Below, one piece after another: positions 49,239-52,145 of a stretch of DNA of 52,145 nucleotides. Position 1 is the stretch's first letter, and each line of letters begins with the position of its first letter. The stretch is taken from the NCBI GenBank assembly GCA_030612835.1, contig JAUWND010000001.1, positions 1 to 52,145 of the forward strand, given 5' to 3'. A model generated the notes under the pieces. It was not told where the DNA came from. It searched no databases and saw only the letters and a list, made by a program, of their open reading frames with translations. This DNA is from Candidatus Methanophagales archaeon. GTDB lineage: Archaea; Halobacteriota; Syntropharchaeia; Alkanophagales; Methanospirareceae. A program made the position numbers and the translations under genes.

Positions 49239-50534
49239 ATGATTGTAGGAATAGACGATACCGACTCGAGAAGCGGGATGTGCACCACATATCTATGCAC
49301 CGTTTTAGTTGACGAACTCAAAAGCTATGGTGAAGTTTCCACGCCGGTATTAGTACGACTAAATCCATGCATACCATTTAAAACAAGGGGCAACGGCGCA
49401 GTCGCATTTGAAATTCTAATAAAGAATGTTCGAGGGTTAGAGCGAGAAGTGAAAGAAATTGTCAAGGCGCGAGTGACTGAGCTATCCGAGTTAAGAGCAG
49501 AAGGGACAAACCCGGGTGTTGTTTTCATTGATGATAACGCCTCAAATGCAAGTTTCAATGAAAAGTTAAAACACTTTTACGAAACTGCAGTGCGGGAAGT
49601 ACTGAGTATAGAAGATGCTTATGCTATTATCTCGGAATTGCACCTTGATTACTTCGGCTTGAAAAATAAGCGCGGGTTAATCGGCGCTTTAGCTGCTACT
49701 TCGTTTCTTCTTTTACACGCAAAAAAAAGTTACGATTACACTTACGAGCTGATTGTATATCGTCGAAAAGAAAGATGGGGAACCTTACGCTTTATAGGTG
49801 ATGCGAGTGTGTGGGCAGCCGATGAAGCTACTTACCCCTTAGTCTGGGATACCGTAGATGTGGCGAACAAGAAACTAGTTCTTGTACCACATTCGCCATG
49901 TCCCGTCCTTTTTGGTATAAGAGGCGACAGCGTAGATGCTATCTACAAAGCTTACGGGATCATACAAGCCGAGCCGGAGGAGCGGAAGATGCTTTACATT
50001 ACGAATCAAGGCACTGATTTCCACCTGAAGAACACAGAAAAGTTATGGGATTACCACTCTTATATCTTAGACGGCGTGGTGGCTTCCAATCCAAGGACGA
50101 TAGAAGGCGGGCATGTCCTGTTTTCTCTGTCTGTGCAGGGTGGTGATGAAAGTGTTGACTGTATTGCTTACGAGCCGACGAAGGGCTTTCGTGCTATTAT
50201 ACGGGAACTGCGAATCGGTGATGAGGTTACGGTCTACGGGTCTCTAAAGGACGGTACATTAAACCTCGAGAAGATAGAGCTAAGGGAATTGAACCTTGTA
50301 GTGGAGCGGAATCCGAAATGTAATAAGTGCGGGCGGAATATGAAATCTGCGGGACGATCGCAGGGCTACCGCTGTAAACGCTGCGGAACCTTTAATGCGG
50401 TGAAGGACAAGATAATCGTTGAACGGGCGATAGAAATGGGTTTGTATGAAGTGCCTCCGGTTGCAAGAAGGCATATATCCAAACCTTTGGTCCGTATGCG
50501 TATGGGCGATAAGATCATTCATCCGAGTAGATGA
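49239..50534 (+). CDS. tiaS: tRNA(Ile2) agmatinylcytidine synthetase
   Basis: MIVGIDDTDS..GMCTTY, RLNP.IP.KTRGN, TNQGTD, OB fold, CxxC...CxxC, RRHISKP. Confidence 0.96.
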   Translation: MIVGIDDTDSRSGMCTTYLCTVLVDELKSYGEVSTPVLVRLNPCIPFKTRGNGAVAFEILIKNVRGLEREVKEIVKARVTELSELRAEGTNPGVVFIDDNASNASFNEKLKHFYETAVREVLSIEDAYAIISELHLDYFGLKNKRGLIGALAATSFLLLHAKKSYDYTYELIVYRRKERWGTLRFIGDASVWAADEATYPLVWDTVDVANKKLVLVPHSPCPVLFGIRGDSVDAIYKAYGIIQAEPEERKMLYITNQGTDFHLKNTEKLWDYHSYILDGVVASNPRTIEGGHVLFSLSVQGGDESVDCIAYEPTKGFRAIIRELRIGDEVTVYGSLKDGTLNLEKIELRELNLVVERNPKCNKCGRNMKSAGRSQGYRCKRCGTFNAVKDKIIVERAIEMGLYEVPPVARRHISKPLVRMRMGDKIIHPSR

Positions 50535-50538
50535 GCTT

Positions 50539-50696
50539 CAAGAAAATAAATTATTGACACAGATTAACGCAGATTGACACAGATGAAAAGATCAACAATG
50601 TCAAACTTAAATTTAGTTTAGTAAATCCGTGTAAATCCGTGTAAATCTGCGTCCTAAATTAAACTATGTAGGTAGAAGTTATACTTTATATACAAT
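50539..50696 (+). repeat. Second copy of the intergenic module with 10-nt periodic inverted arms
   Basis: GACACAGATTAACGCAGATTGACACAGAT...AATCCGTGTAAATCCGTGTAAATCTGCGTC plus flanks shared with 41607-41766. Confidence 0.85.
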
Positions 50697-50716
50697 AAGA
50701 AAGACAGGGGTTGTTT

Positions 50717-51355
50717 ATGCTTGAAACAATAGGGCGGCTAGTAGTAATTTTTGCAATAGCATTTGTGGTTCTCATAGCAGTAGCTCTTTTATTTTGCGCT
50801 TATACTGTGCATACGAAAAAGATAATATTCCCTAATTTCGTCCTGTTCATAATAAGTTTGCTTTATGAACCTTTACGCAGACTACTGTCGTTCTTTCATG
50901 TTGATCCGGCATTAATAGACGGCGTCTCAGTTGAGATACGAAATGCCCTTAATTATCCCGATTTCGCCTGTACGAACCTGGAAGAGCGAGTTTTAATCCT
51001 GCCTCAGTGCATCAGAAGCACGGAATGTCCTGCGAAATTGAGTTCATTAGACGGTATCCATTGCATAGAATGCGGTAAATGCGCAATTGGCGAACTAAGC
51101 GCTAGTTGTAAAGAGCTTGGCATCAGGATGTACATATCGCCAGGAGGGACCTTCACGGGAAGGATTCTTATGCACGGCCGTCCAAAAGCGGTGATAGGTA
51201 TTGCTTGTTACCCCAATCTGAATGAAGGAATGTTAAATACAAAACTTATTGGTGTGCCATCACAAGGCGTGCCTTTAACAACTCAGGGATGCGTAAATAC
51301 CACCGTAGACTATGAAGCGATAATAAACAAATGCAAAATGCAAATATCAAAATGA
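50717..51355 (+). CDS. DUF116 family protein
   Basis: N-terminal TM, LPQCIR..CPA, CIECGKC, PGGT, IGIAC, GCVNT. Confidence 0.88.
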   Translation: MLETIGRLVVIFAIAFVVLIAVALLFCAYTVHTKKIIFPNFVLFIISLLYEPLRRLLSFFHVDPALIDGVSVEIRNALNYPDFACTNLEERVLILPQCIRSTECPAKLSSLDGIHCIECGKCAIGELSASCKELGIRMYISPGGTFTGRILMHGRPKAVIGIACYPNLNEGMLNTKLIGVPSQGVPLTTQGCVNTTVDYEAIINKCKMQISK

Positions 51356-51999
51356 TCAATCTAATATCTTCCTCGACATATGTGTTGATAGGCGAAATTT
51401 TCATAATCTTTGTTATTGCCGTGCTCGTGCTAATTTTAACTGCTGTATGCTTAGCGATATATAAAAGAGGCATATTCCCACGATTTACGCTCTTTGTGCT
51501 CAATCTCTTCTACCAACCCGCCAAGCTATTCCTCGGTTACTTCAATATAAATCATATAATCGTGGACGAAATAGGCATTGCACTGATGAATTCGCTATAC
51601 AAAGAGGCATATGGAAAGACACCAATGGCTAAGCGAATATTGTTCCTGCCCCAGTGCCTTCGCAATCTCGAATGTCCTGCGAAGATATCGCCACAAGAAG
51701 GTGTCATCTGCACAGAATGTGGTAAATGCGGGATTGCGGAAATTAAAAGGCTGTGTGATGAACAGGGCGTTGATATTTGTATCGCACCAGGCGGTGAATT
51801 TGTTAAGCGAGCAACAAGAGATAAAAAGCCGTTGGCTGCAATCGGTGTTGCATGTCAACATGACCTTTACGAAACAATGCGATATGTTACATCGAAGGGT
51901 GTGCCAATGATAGGTGTGGTGCTTTCAAAGAGCGGTTGTGTGATGACGGAAGTGGATTGGGCGGAAGTGAAAGAGAATCTATTTTATAGAGGGAATTAG
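51352..51999 (+). CDS. DUF116 family protein (tandem paralogue)
   Basis: LPQCLR..CPA, CTECGKC, PGG, IGVAC, GCVMT; ATGA overlap with the upstream gene. Confidence 0.88.
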   Translation: MINLISSSTYVLIGEIFIIFVIAVLVLILTAVCLAIYKRGIFPRFTLFVLNLFYQPAKLFLGYFNINHIIVDEIGIALMNSLYKEAYGKTPMAKRILFLPQCLRNLECPAKISPQEGVICTECGKCGIAEIKRLCDEQGVDICIAPGGEFVKRATRDKKPLAAIGVACQHDLYETMRYVTSKGVPMIGVVLSKSGCVMTEVDWAEVKENLFYRGN

Positions 52000-52040
52000 C
52001 TATAACAGGGATTTCCACGAGAAAATTTATGTTACATCAT

Positions 52041-52145
52041 TCATTTGAACCGGACCTCAATTCTTCTATTTCCCAACCATGGTACGGGTAGATTTCTGCC
52101 AGATTCATCAAGTATCCTCAGCAGTGTTTCAACAGCTACTCTATG
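52041..52145 (-). CDS. 3' end of an unidentified ORF (partial)
   Basis: Only minus frame open from the window edge: HRVAVETLLRILDESGRNLPVPWLGNRRIEVRFK*. Confidence 0.35.
   Translation of the reverse strand, partial: HRVAVETLLRILDESGRNLPVPWLGNRRIEVRFK

Noticed and set aside
50556..50654. Periodic repeats as a CRISPR array
   Set aside because: Units are ~10 nt, abutting, with no unique spacers and no cas genes.

Overview
Archaeal chromosomal window; gene content (TiaS, PGF-CTERM protein, cohesin/dockerin-like and CASH surface proteins, TATA promoters) suggests a methanogen/ANME-type euryarchaeon, possibly ANME-1/Syntropharchaeia (inference). It starts in the 3' end of a group II intron. Next is the strongest candidate for an undescribed system: an operon of GrpE with a long coiled-coil tail, an Hsp70 whose helical lid is replaced by a ubiquitin-like domain, and a protein with three HPD-less J-like repeats. 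Housekeeping and transport genes follow (trmJ, truA, proB, MscS, MATE, CaCA, ABC exporter, SulP, PiT, rdgB, ddh, hisF, tiaS). The pst/phoU operon is collapsed beside an intact DUF47-PiT unit that has a structured 5' leader. There is a stand-alone proteasome-beta-like gene among IS200/IS605 relics, a cobN/ChlD-like/ABC metal-tetrapyrrole cluster, an IS1634 relic and a site-2 protease fused to a pilin-like domain. Many accessory genes carry internal deletions, and intergenic DNA holds several families of small palindromic repeats. No CRISPR array, tRNA or rRNA was recognised. All family calls are by-eye motif recognition, not database results.
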